A stretch of DNA of 64,000 bases from the NCBI GenBank assembly GCA_964016885.1, contig OZ024740.1:78244001-78308000 (forward strand), given 5' to 3'. The first letter of the stretch is position 1; each line of letters begins with the position of its first letter. The translations under genes and the position numbers were made by a program. Positions 1 through 11,976 of the stretch are shown here, piece after piece. Under the pieces are notes generated by a model. It saw nothing but the letters and a program-made list of their open reading frames with translations, did not search any database and was not told where the DNA came from. Source of the stretch: Eledone cirrhosa (taxonomy: Eukaryota).

Positions 1-321
1 AAGGCAACATTAAATGAAGTTCCTGGTCCAGGAATCAAACCTACCACCTTATGATTGGGAGTACAACACTTTAACCACTGATATCTATCCCTCCTCTTTC
101 CTCTCCCTCCCCCTCTCTCTCTCTGTCTCATGTGCGCTAACATGCACATAACAGGTTTGGCCGGTCTATCTGTTAGTTTTCTTTCTATGTTCTGGTTTCT
201 AGGTTGAAACTTGGCTTTTGTGTTGGAAGGAAGTAAAACGGATCTGTGTCTGTTGCAGACATGTTTTCACTTCACACTTCACACAATGATTGTTGTGTTA
301 TTTAAAAACACAAAACCTCGT

Positions 322-392
<71 letters not shown>

Positions 393-626
393 CCTCCCCC
401 CGTCTCTCTCTCTCTCTCTCTCTCCCTCCCCCTGTCTCTCTCTCTCTCTCTCTCCCTCCCCCTGTCTCTCTCTCTCTCTCTCTCCCTCCCCCTGTCTCTC
501 TCTCTCTCTCTCCCTCCCTCTCTCTCTCTCTCTCTCCCTCCCTCCCTCTCTCTCTTTCTCCCTCCCTCCCTCTCTCTCTTTCTCCCTCCCTCCCTCCGTC
601 TCTCTCTGTCCTTTCTCCCTCCCTTA

Positions 627-715
<89 letters not shown>

Positions 716-729
716 CGTCTCTCTATCTC
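322..729. repeat. (CT)n polypyrimidine microsatellite with a 30-bp higher-order unit
   Basis: Direct reading. The many other (TA)n, (CA)n, (GGT)n and (CAC)n tracts are not listed individually. Confidence 0.95.
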
Positions 730-2029
730 CGGTCACAGCAATCTTCCTCAATTTAAGCCACATGCACTCACTCAGCTACTACTACTATTACCACCACCAC
801 TACTACTCTTGTTCCTGTTGTGCATTTGTCTCTATCCACACCCCCGTAAACATAGTCAATCTCACACATACGCGCGCGTTTGTAATCAACAGTAAACGGC
901 TGCTGCCACTACTACTACTACTACTGTTTTTGTGTGCGTATGTTCCTCACATGGCCATAATGCAGGGGGTGGGGGGGGCAATAATTGTAATATGGAAGTG
1001 GGTTAGTGAGAAATGTTTGGTTGGTTCAGTCGAAATAACAATGCCAATGTTACAATGATTATGATATTGTAGTGGTATTGTTTTGTGTGTGGAGAGGTTC
1101 CTATTTTTTATTTTAATACATTGAGGTTAATTTTCGCCCCCACCTTATATACGAACCAATGATAATGGTGGTGGCTCTTCTGCTATGTGGTCTCTTGGCT
1201 TGTTGGAAATAGCAACTAACTCTCTTGCTCAATTCTCATTCACTAAATTCATTAAATGTGAAACGCACGTTGGATAATGCCATCGTATATACACTGTCTG
1301 CTATATAAAAATAACCAGATGCTCATGGCTGGAATGCGCTTTAGTATGTATATATATAATATATATATATGTGTGTGTGTGTGTGTATATATTTAAAGTG
1401 AAATGACAGGAGGCCAAATATGTTAATTCCCTTAATTATTTATTACTGCAAACACTATACACATTTCAGTGGCTAGGTTGTCATGTGTAAATTGCGTAAT
1501 AGATGTATACCAACGGAATGATGGTAAACTATATATATATATAATACTACTGTAGTTTTTTAACTTGCAACTGACTGGCGTCTCATTCAGGCGGGAGTCT
1601 TGTATTCTTTGTCACTTAACACCTCGTGAAACTGGGATAAGCCCCGGCCTGGTGAGCCTGGCCATTCAAGAAAGGCTAACTTGTGCGTGTGTGAGAGAGA
1701 GTAATTACTCATAAAGCAAGAAAGACAGTCGATTATAGAAGTACGAAACATCAGAAGAGATATCCATTCACGTCATGGACCCATAAGTACTTATGGGGTG
1801 CTGTCGTAATTCAAACTTGACTGAGCAGACCACGCTTCAAGTCTGAACACAGCTGATCTCTACTGGGGAATGGTGAGAGTGAATGAGTTGACTAACGGTA
1901 CTGAACTGGGCTTTATTTACCGACATCGAAAACATGAAAAGATAAAGTTGACCTCGACGGGATTTGAACTCAGAGCGCAGATGACCGGTACTGTGTCTGA
2001 TGAAATCGATTTTCCCTCTCCCCCAAACT

Positions 2030-2262
2030 CCTGGCTTTGTATGCGATTTGGTGGGGCTATATATATTGGACACACTTCGGACCAAGTTCCTAGACTTCCG
2101 TACGGGTCTTTTCCGAGACGATGGTTTGGCCCTATCGAGCCACGAAAGCGATCAGACCCAGACACTTTCAGGAAAAAGACAATAACCACATTTAAAGAGT
2201 TAGGACTAAAAATTATACAGCAGGTACCACCAACCTGACTAGCGTCATCTACTTAGATGTCT
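2030..2262 (+). pseudogene. Decayed PLE RT fragment
   Basis: VCDLVGLYILDTL..GLFRDDGLAL, then after a frameshift DTFRKK..FKELGLKI..YLDV. Homologous to the RT core of the 59-kb ORF. Confidence 0.8.
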
Positions 2263-3253
2263 TATATTCTTTCGCATTCACGGTGAGCTAACATAACCAC
2301 GGAACACGTGTAAGAGTAATAACACGGTTTAACTCCATCTTAGTTCTTTTAACCACATTGTTTAATATGTGTCTGTGTGTGCGTACACCGGTTTTGTGTA
2401 ATTTTGTTTCTAGTTTGTTATGATAAATTCTTCCAATTCATGATTTTTCAAACGGAAAAAAGATCTTCCTCCAAAACAAAAATATCTGTCTACGTCCCTT
2501 TAATGAAAAAAAAACACTACAGTCAGGCTGACACTTCCCTTTCCTCTCCTCTTTCTTTATATTGGTATTTATCTTCCCTCCATCTTTCTTCGTATGTTTT
2601 CTTTTCGTCTCTCCCCTTTAAAACAATACCGTAGTTTTTAGAACACAAAACAGATTGATGCATAAGACGCGCCGCACCCTAAATTTGCAGGGAAAGTTGG
2701 GCAATTATAGTAGAATTGAAAAAGAATGTTTGTTCGGTGCTTAGGACGCGGGTAGATTTTCACATCAAATTTTGGGGCATAAACCCGAAAAATATTATGG
2801 TATAACAGTTAGCCTTTATTTTTACAACGTAATTCTCCTTTCCCTCATCTCATCTCTCTCATCTCATCTCTCTCATTTTCTTTATGCTTCTCCAACTTTT
2901 GCTTTCTTTTGTTCTTTTCATCTTTTAATCTCTCCCTCTCCCTCACACACACACACACATATATACACATATACACACACACATATATATATATACACAC
3001 ACACACACTGGAATGAATGGTATCGACCATAATGCACCGAAACAGTAATGGTTGACGGAGGAGATGAGACTGTCTGTCTTGCTCTTGTTTTCCCCCATTG
3101 TATCTGTCCTGCGCGCTCCATATTCTGAATATATATATAGTAATAAATAGAAAGACCAAATCCCGAAGAGGACTCAATAAGGATTATATATATATAAACC
3201 CGTGGACCAAATGTGTATTATTAGTACAGATTAAATTTTAAGTCTATACAGGG

Positions 3254-3325
3254 TCTTCTGAAACTGAGAAACTGACTTTCAGAAGATCGCTTATAGGGTG
3301 AAAGCAGAAATTATTTGCTTAAACT
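3254..3325 (+). ncRNA. Solo pLTR remnant with the same CAGAAGA hammerhead-like motif and a short inverted arm
   Basis: TTTCAGAAGATCGCTTATAGGGTGAAAGCAGAAATTATTTGCTTAAACT aligns to 61714-61762. 3254-3265 is the reverse complement of AGTTTCAGAAGA. Confidence 0.55.
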
Positions 3326-3617
3326 ACCACGTTACACAAATATGCTGTCCCCCCCCCCCCCCCCATATTTCTTAATGTCTCTCCAATTGTTACTACAGTA
3401 ACCCCTGCCCCTCACACTGGCTGGTCCCGTACCACTCAAATACTCCTAATTCACTCATGTCATCCCCCTCTTCACACTCAACCATTTACCCAATCCTTCT
3501 GCCCCCATTCAAGCACGCCTGCCCTCTGGAGTTTTGTTTGTATTTGTGGGATTTTCTTTTACTCTACAGTTGTTGATGTCCAAGTTTAAGCTGGACGTTA
3601 ATGAGCATTTGTACACA

Positions 3618-3775
3618 GGCGCATGGCTTAGTGGTTAGAACATTGGGCTTGCAATCGAAAGGTTGTGTGTTCAATTCTCAGAGCGGGTGATGTGTTGTTT
3701 CCTTCAGCAAAACACTACTTCAGGTTGCTCCAGTTTACTCAGCTGTAGAAATGAGATGATAGGACTGGGGTTCCC
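3618..3775 (+). mobile_element. tRNA-derived SINE family A, 3'-truncated
   Basis: A box TGGCTTAGTGG and B box GTTCAATTC. Matches the copies at 32.5, 35.2 and 51.6 kb. Confidence 0.8.
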
Positions 3776-4014
3776 TTTCATTAAATCACTCAAGACACCC
3801 CCAACGAGATACCCCTTGGAGGAGGCCAGCTAAACTTGCATCACACACACACACACACACTCTTTCGGCAGACCATAGTATGTGTGTTCCCTGTCTCAGA
3901 CCGTGTTCCATTCTTTGACCTGATTCTCTGTTGGATGTTGGCTGAAAGTTGAATGGAAGACTTTTTTTTACTGTTTTTTATAAGGAAACATTTTAAAAAT
4001 ATAGTACGGCTAAA

Positions 4015-4070
4015 TGAATGACGGGGCGTGGTCTTTCGCTCCGCCTTCTGCCATATAAGGCACTAAGTCT
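4015..4070 (+). promoter_or_regulatory. Candidate promoter/enhancer: GC box + CArG box
   Basis: TGACG, GGGGCGTGG (4023-4031) and CCATATAAGG (4051-4060, CC(A/T)6GG) clustered in non-repeat, CpG-containing sequence upstream of the ETS exons. Confidence 0.3.
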
Positions 4071-5375
4071 TCTCGGGGATGTTTTTGCATCTTTTTTTTT
4101 ATCATATTCTTTTAATGTTTCATTTCCTAGTCTGGAGGTCGAGAGATGAATGGAGGGGGCGTCACTTAGAGTAGTAAAATGGCAGTTCTTTGTTGTGCTT
4201 TTTTTTCAATATATATGTCAATGAACAAGTGGCTTTTTCTCTCTCTGTTTACTCCCCACTCTATCTTTTAATCTCTCACTACCTCTTTTTCTCTCTATTT
4301 ACTCCTCAGTCTAGCTTCTAATCTCTCCTTACCCCCCCTCTCTCTCTCCCTACCCCCCTCTCTCTCTCTCCCCACCCCCTCTCTCTCTCTCCCTACCCCC
4401 TCTCTCCCTCCCCCCTCACTCTCTCTCTCTCTACACACACTTCTCACTCTCTCTTCCTACCCTCTTTCTCTACACACTTATCACTCTCTCTTCCTACCCT
4501 CTTTCTCTACACTATCTTTTCATCTCTCACTAACCCTCTTTCTCACTCTACATACTTCTCACTCTATCTTTTCATACTCACTAACCCCCCCCTCTCTCTC
4601 TCTCTCTGTATTTACTCTATCTTTTCACACTCTTCTACTCTCTATCTGTCGGTCGTGGCGTTATAAGATTGACAACCACGTTGTTTTTTAAATCGCACCC
4701 AGTCAACTTATAAAAACTACCTTCATACTCGCCCCTCTCTCTCTCTCTTTCACTAACCTAGTTTTGACATTCAAAAAGTGTGTATGTATGTATGTATATA
4801 TATATATATGTATGTGTGTGTGCGCGCGCGCGCGCGCGCGCATTCACAATCGTATAATGTGTACATAATCCTAAAATTTGATTATACATACGTGCGCGCG
4901 CATATATATATATATATACGCACATACATATATATATATGAATGTGTGCGTGCGTATAATGATTATATAACACAAAACTGTCTCTAATATAATTGAATGG
5001 TTTTGTTATTAATTAAAGTGTGTTAGTGTGTGAGCGAACAAGATGCAAAGAAGCGAGTGTTCGATACTAAAAGTAGAGTTACTGAGTACTCTCGGGTCAC
5101 AAATAATCGTACCCCCACCTCCGCTTACTCCAACCTCCCAATTATTTAGGACGCGAGAGTATATTCGAAGTTGAAACTTCACAAGACGTTATTCCGAGTT
5201 TCCTATCTCAGTTGCACTTTTTGTTCGTCGGCTTGTCTCTAAAATGCTAAATAAAATATACTTGGAAAGAGTTGTAAATTAAATAAAGAATGTTTGTACT
5301 GATAAAGACATTATATTAGGTTAGTGCAATGTAGATTCGAGTTATATAATCTAATGGTGTGTTGGAGCAGTATAC

Positions 5376-5557
5376 CAGACATGTCAACTCACCCCGTTCG
5401 GCGGGAAGATTTCCTACTCACCACTTTGGAGTAGGTGAGATATGTCTTCTCTCTTGTGAAAATGGATATAGCTTTCATTATGTAAAATAACACCCATTTT
5501 CAGGGCACTTTCTTTCATAGTACTCCCGTTTTGGGTTTTTAGAGGTTGGTAGGTCTG
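5376..5557. mobile_element. MITE with CAGAC..GTCTG termini and a 6-bp TSD (GTATAC)
   Basis: TIR CAGACATGTCAAC / GTTGGTAGGTCTG. Second copy at 9031-9193. Confidence 0.7.
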
Positions 5558-6474
5558 GTATACTAAAGATTTCGCTAGATAATTACGGTCAATAGAGTTA
5601 CAGATTGGTGAAACAGTTTAATTATGCACTTTTACAGAAAGTGTAGCTCGCCTTAATCGAATTTCTATAAAGCGTTTTGTGATATGTATGGTTCGCTGCA
5701 AATTACTCACGTAATTTCATTCCTATTAATAGTAAGCAAATATCATTATCTTCAGGTGAATCTACGTTCATCGGGATTTCACATAATTACAAAAGCAGCC
5801 CTCCGCAGTTTTGGTTATTCAAAAGAAATACAATATCTATCTAGATCTAATATTTCAAAGCGTAATAGACTTTGAAATATTCTGTGGTAAAATCCGACAA
5901 TATATAGAACGGGTGTAATTAAATATAAGAACAAACAGATAACAAGTTATTTAATTCCATCTCCCTCTACTTTCCAACCAACCATCGATATTACAAAATC
6001 TCGTAAAAGCCATCGTTTTCTTCCTTTTTTTTTTCTTTCTTCTTGAAATAAAATAAATATATCAACTCTGCTTTTGCCTCCTTATATTACGATTTTCCCT
6101 CGTATTTTAACCGGTGACATCTCCAATGCCACTGATGTTGTCCAAGGGAAAAAACGAAGGCCGATACAGCTTGGCACCAGTGACCTCACAACTCATTTCT
6201 ACAGCTGGGTAAACTGGAACAACGTGAAATAAAATGGGCGCCTGGTTCGGGGAATCGAACTCACGATTGTGAATCCAACGTGCTAACTAACCACGAGGTC
6301 ACGAACGTTCGGTGACATTACAACAATTATATGTGCACACATATCTACCTGTATTTCTTTCTTTTCTTTTTCAAAGGGTAACCTAAATACCCACTATGTT
6401 GAGAGTTCTGTTTACAGCAGTAACATATCGGGTTCTATTCCGCTCAAAGCACTTCACCCCCCACCCTTTCCGTC

Positions 6475-6619
<145 letters not shown>

Positions 6620-7059
6620 ACAATATACAGACGTTTGCGTTTACCAACAAGAAAAAATACATTATGTATCATTACACTGAAATTATTCCCAGTACTACTC
6701 TGAGTTTCACTGTTTATGCAAGGTCTAACAACAGACAAACCACTAGGCCGACCCAGATCTTGGCTTGTAGATTATAGCAGAGGTCCCCAACAACCGGTCT
6801 GTGGATCATTTCTACCGACCCGCAAAGAAATAATTAACTTGTCTAAAATTATATAATAGATAAATTGAATATTGAACTTTAATTTAGAAAGATTTGTTTA
6901 AACATTCAATATTCATGTACTTTAATAAATTCTCTTTCTATCGAAATGCACTTAAATAACACATATGAGCAGCTACCACTCCATGGAAAGATTGTCCGAC
7001 ATGAAGCCGGTCCGTGGTATAAAAAAAAAGTTGAAGTCATGCAGTTGGACTGCTATTTT

Positions 7060-7565
7060 ATTTTACAAACAACGATGAAAGGCAAGATTTTAACTCAGAA
7101 CGTTACAAATAGCGACATCTATTACATTGATTTCTAATTTAGGCACAAGGCCGGCAATTTGTGGAAAGGCAAAAGTTGATACCTGTACATTACTGGTTCT
7201 TTATTTTGTTGACGTTAAAAAGATGAAAGGCAAAGTTGACCTCGGTGGGATTTTGAACACGATTTTTAATTTAGGCACATGGGCATCAATTGTGCAGAAA
7301 GGAAAGACGATTATATCGACCCCGGAATAATGAAACCCAAAGTTGGCCTCGGCGAGATTTGAACCCAGAACTCCCGATATGTATTGATTGATAATGGTTT
7401 CTGATTTAGGCACAAGGCCAACAATTTTAAAGAAGGAGTATGTTGATTTAGTCGACCCAGTACATTACTGGTACTTTATTTTATCGACCCCGTAAGGATG
7501 AAAGGCAAAGCTAATCTCGACGGGATTTGAACTCAGAACGTAAAGAGGTGAAACAAATGCCGATA
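7060..7565 (-). mobile_element. Head-to-tail stack of 3-4 degenerate SINE-B 3' fragments
   Basis: Repeated TTTAGGCACAAGG..ATGAAAGGCAAAG..GATTTGAAC blocks. Confidence 0.7.
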
Positions 7566-8005
7566 TCTATTGTATTGATAATAGTTATAGTTATTTTTAT
7601 TTTGTAGGAGGTTGTGGTGGTGTTTGTGGCAATATACAGTCGTTGAATAAAACCAGTTTTTTCCTGTTCTCATTGTCTCAGCGACTCTAGTAATGTTTGT
7701 GACACAAAAATCTCTCGTCTACACACACACACCCACACACACACACACACCCACACACACACACACACACACATACATTCTTTCTCTCTCAAACAAGTGT
7801 TTTCAATGCTTGTGACATTTCATTGAAATATTTTTTCAATCTTACGCTTGAGAAAGCGGCTTTGCCTTAGCCTGTCATTCATAAACCCAGATCATTTGCA
7901 TTACACCACTATCACCACCACCATTACTTAATGTGTGTGTGTGTCTGAGTTTGTGTGTATTGTATAGACGCAAACAACAATTTTTTTATAAAGAGGGCAC
8001 ACATC

Positions 8006-8058
<53 letters not shown>

Positions 8059-8633
8059 TATCATCATCATCATCATCATCACCATTTTACGTCCATTTTT
8101 CTACGCTAGCATGGGCTAGACGAGCTGTTCTGTTGTTCGCAATGCTAGGTGAGGTGACCATTCTTGCTCTTACAGGACTGATATATATACAGAGAGATGT
8201 ATACATAGTCTTATATATAACAGATTTTCTAGTTTGTTATATAATTCAATATTTCTGGACGTCCTATGTGTTTAACGTAGAACTATGATGTATGTATAGC
8301 GACGAATCTTTTATCAAATGTAGTCCTTGTGTCACTGTTGTAGCTTCGTGCATACACACACGTGTCTGCGTATATGTGTGAGGAACCTAAACGATATGAC
8401 ATTAAAAGATAGAAGGTAGAAAATTCCCAGTTGTATCAGTTTCGCTTATTCTGCAAAACTACTTAGAAAGGTCTGAATGAAATGTCACACTGCTTATTAC
8501 TATTTTCACTGAATCCAACAGGACTTGCTTACTACTTCATTGATGAATACATATGATTACGACAGGCAGTAAACGATGTGGCTCTCTATGTGGTCGCTTA
8601 ACACACTAGAAATAGCAGCTATTTCATTGATTT

Positions 8634-8687
<54 letters not shown>

Positions 8688-8962
8688 AATCAAAGTTGTA
8701 TTTAATTTGTTGGTAGTCCGACAAACATAAATGTTTATAACTAATTTAGAGCACTCAACAAGTTACTGGAGTAAATATTCCATGATATTAAATAAATGGA
8801 AACTATATTTATAAAACCATATTTATTATATTATATATATTTCAAGGGCAACCAAGACAACATTGGTGCGCTTTAATCAAATAAAATACAAAGTTTGTTT
8901 TATAAATAGAGACGTACGTACCCTTGAAAATTCTACCTTATCGGTTGGAAATTCACTGGATA

Positions 8963-9030
<68 letters not shown>

Positions 9031-9034
<4 letters not shown>

Positions 9035-9193
9035 CCTGTCAATTCTCCCCATCCGAGAGGGATCTTCCACCCACTTTGGGGTGGGTGAGAGATGTCTTCT
9101 CTTATGAAAACGGGTATAGTTTTATGTAAAATCGCTTGGGGGCACTTTTTTCATGTTATTTTCCGTTTGAGTTTTTAGAGGTTCGCAGGTCTG
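9031..9193. mobile_element. Second copy of the CAGAC MITE, in (TA)n
   Basis: Colinear homology with 5376-5557. Confidence 0.7.
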
Positions 9194-9335
9194 ATATATA
9201 TATATATATATATATATCAGTATCATAATCATCACTGTTTAACGTCTATTTTTCCGTGCTTGCATGGGCTATACGGGCAGTCCACATTATGAGAGAAATC
9301 CGGCCAGTTGGCCGCACCGTACCTTGCTCATAGCG

Positions 9336-9373
<38 letters not shown>

Positions 9374-9759
9374 GTGTGTGTTTGAGAGAGAGGGAGAGAG
9401 ATATGTAAAATCCCGACCGCGGCGTTATATCTCTATACCCACTCTGCATATCTATATATATATATGGTGTGTGTGTGTATATATATATATAATTACCACA
9501 GGCAGCTACTTCATTGCATTCATTAATGGATATATATATATGATCACTGTAGACAGTGAAAGGGGTGGTCCTGTATGTAGTTGTTTGACCTACTAGAAAT
9601 AGCGGGTAGATAATCTATCTAGGCCAGTAGTTCTTACACTGATAAATGGCTTGGCCCCTCCAAAATAGTATTATTTGTTGTTGCCCTCCCCATCGCTTTA
9701 TTAACGAATAGTCAATATAGATTTGTACAATCTAACATTATATTATAAAAGAATTAAGG

Positions 9760-9945
9760 GTGGTGGATTGGCAGTATCGGTAGAGGGTCGGGCGCCATGC
9801 TTTGACACATAGAGTTACGACCCTTGCCATTCTGAGTTCAAATCCCGCCAAGGTTAACTTTGTTTTTCATCCTTACGGGGTCGATAAAATAAAGTACCAG
9901 TAATGCACTGGGTAATTGCTGGCCTTGTGCCTAACGTAGAAACAA
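9760..9945 (+). mobile_element. tRNA-derived SINE family B (Nin/Deu-domain-like)
   Basis: TGGCAGTATCGG / GAGTTCAAATCC boxes and TTTCATCCTTACGGGGTCGATAAAATAAAGTACC. TSD ATTATATTATAAAAGAATTA. Confidence 0.85.
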
Positions 9946-9983
9946 TTATATTATAAAAGAATTATATAATTTTAGAAATTATA

Positions 9984-10083
9984 TATAGTGTTCCCCCAAA
10001 ATTGTATACATACTTTGATTACCTGTACAGGCAATATTTATTATAATGCTGTTGAAGCGTATATACATTTTTGGGACACCCTG
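9984..10083. mobile_element. Tc1/mariner-type MITE
   Basis: Right TIR TATACATTTTTGGGACACCCTG|TA and degenerate left TIR TAGTGTTCCCCCAAAATTGTATAC. Confidence 0.55.
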
Positions 10084-10889
10084 TATATTTTTTCTTTTAT
10101 TGTTTTATGTAATTTAACTGCGGACATCCTGGGATCACCTTAATTTAGTCGATCATATCGACTCTAGTATTGTATTTTTCTAGTTTGGTACTATTTTATC
10201 GATCTTTTTTGTTGGACCGCTAAGTTATGACATAACCATAGACACAAACGTAAACATAACACGGACTACTATCATTAGTAAGGTAACCAACCTTAAAGCT
10301 ATAGTAAGATCCTTGTCCAAGTTGCTGGAATTGCTCATAGTCGGTGGGACTGAATTTAGAAGGACGTAGTTACAAAGCGAACTCCTGACAACACATGCCT
10401 GCACCTATTTATTAAAAGAATTATCAAATACACCCAAATTTCATGTTTTCTTCTATTTATACAATTTTTATATCTTATATAATATAATTCCACCATCAAT
10501 GCATCACTTGATATTTATACAATGTTTATATCTTATATAATTCCACCATCAATGCATCACTTGATATTTATATATTTTTTATTCTATTTTTTGTAGAAAA
10601 TCCATACCAAAAACGGCAGCAGTTCGCCAAAGGTTTGTTCAATTTTGTCACTCCAATTCTCAATCTAGTTTGGTGGTGGTGGTGGTGGTAGTAGTGGTGG
10701 TGGTGGTAGTAGTGGTGGTAGTGGTGGTGGTGGTGGTGGTGGTGGTGGTAGTGGTAGTGATGGTGGTGGTAGTGGTGGTGATGACGATGGTATGCAGGAA
10801 GTATCCTCCAGTTGATAGTGCATATTATTAAATAGTGCAGCAAGCATGTGTAGTGGTGGTGGTGAAACTAATAAAGTGTCAAATAAACG

Positions 10890-10937
<48 letters not shown>

Positions 10938-11006
10938 TATATATATATATATTATTCAAAATGTTAACAAATGAAAAATATTCTCATAATCAAAACATGT
11001 ACTTTA

Positions 11007-11161
11007 TTGTTTTTTCAGTACATCCTCATCAGACAAAATATATGATATACCGCTATGGTCTTGATTATTCAATTCCAGTATTGCCAATACTGGAATTGAA
11101 TAATCAAGACCATAGCGGTATATCATATATTTTGTCTGATGAGGATGTACTGAAAAAACAA
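11007..11161. repeat. Perfect 155-bp palindrome (77-bp arms, 1-nt centre), same family as 62334-62605
   Basis: Arms read as exact reverse complements around C11084. CTGATGA is present on both strands. Confidence 0.9.
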
Positions 11162-11189
11162 CACAGTACCTTTGAAATACACACGCACG

Positions 11190-11279
<90 letters not shown>

Positions 11280-11789
11280 TGCACGCACGCACGCACACGC
11301 ACACACACGCGCACACACACCAGGGCAATGCTGCTGTCTGTTGATCTACTGTTTGTGTCTCCTCCAGTTAACTTAGTGATAATTTGGAAGTGTGGTGTGG
11401 ATGCTTGTGTGTTCTGTATTGGAGGGCGTGTGTGTATATTTTCATCGGTGAGCCTTAGCTTTATTTGTGTGTGGAACTATATGCATAATAACTATTGTGT
11501 GCGTAGTTTTTTTCATACTTTTATTGGCTTCAGTAATTATACTGGGGCGCCACCTTGATTTAGTTGATCATACTAATTCTAGAACTTATTTTATTGATCT
11601 GTTTGTCAAACTGCTAAGTTATGGGGGCACAAACATTTTATATATATATTATATTATTTATGTTCATACACGGACACAAAAGCACTACCTAAGGTTTCAA
11701 GGCACGATATTGACCAAAACTGTAAGAGGGATCAAAATTGTGACCTATCTTCACGAGATGTTATACACATATATATAAAGACAGACACA

Positions 11790-11976
11790 GATTAAATCAC
11801 TGCAACAATTACATAACACGAATACGCATGTTTCATTAGTGTGTTGAAATATGCCAATTGAATGGTTCACCATATTATGAAGCTATCATAATATGGCAAA
11901 TAAATAAGTTGGCGTATATTAGTAAGCTAATGAAACACTTGTATTCATGTTATGTAATTGTTGCAGTGATTAAATC
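11790..11976. repeat. Diverged fold-back/hairpin element
   Basis: ~50-bp outer arms (AATCACTGCAACAATTACATAACA / TGTTATGTAATTGTTGCAGTGATT) and inner arms CCATATTATGA/TCATAATATGG. Confidence 0.75.

Noticed and set aside
211-895. SL/ER-repeat ORFs, and the many YI/CV/HT-repeat ORFs elsewhere
   Set aside because: Translations of (CT)n, (TA)n and (CA)n microsatellites.
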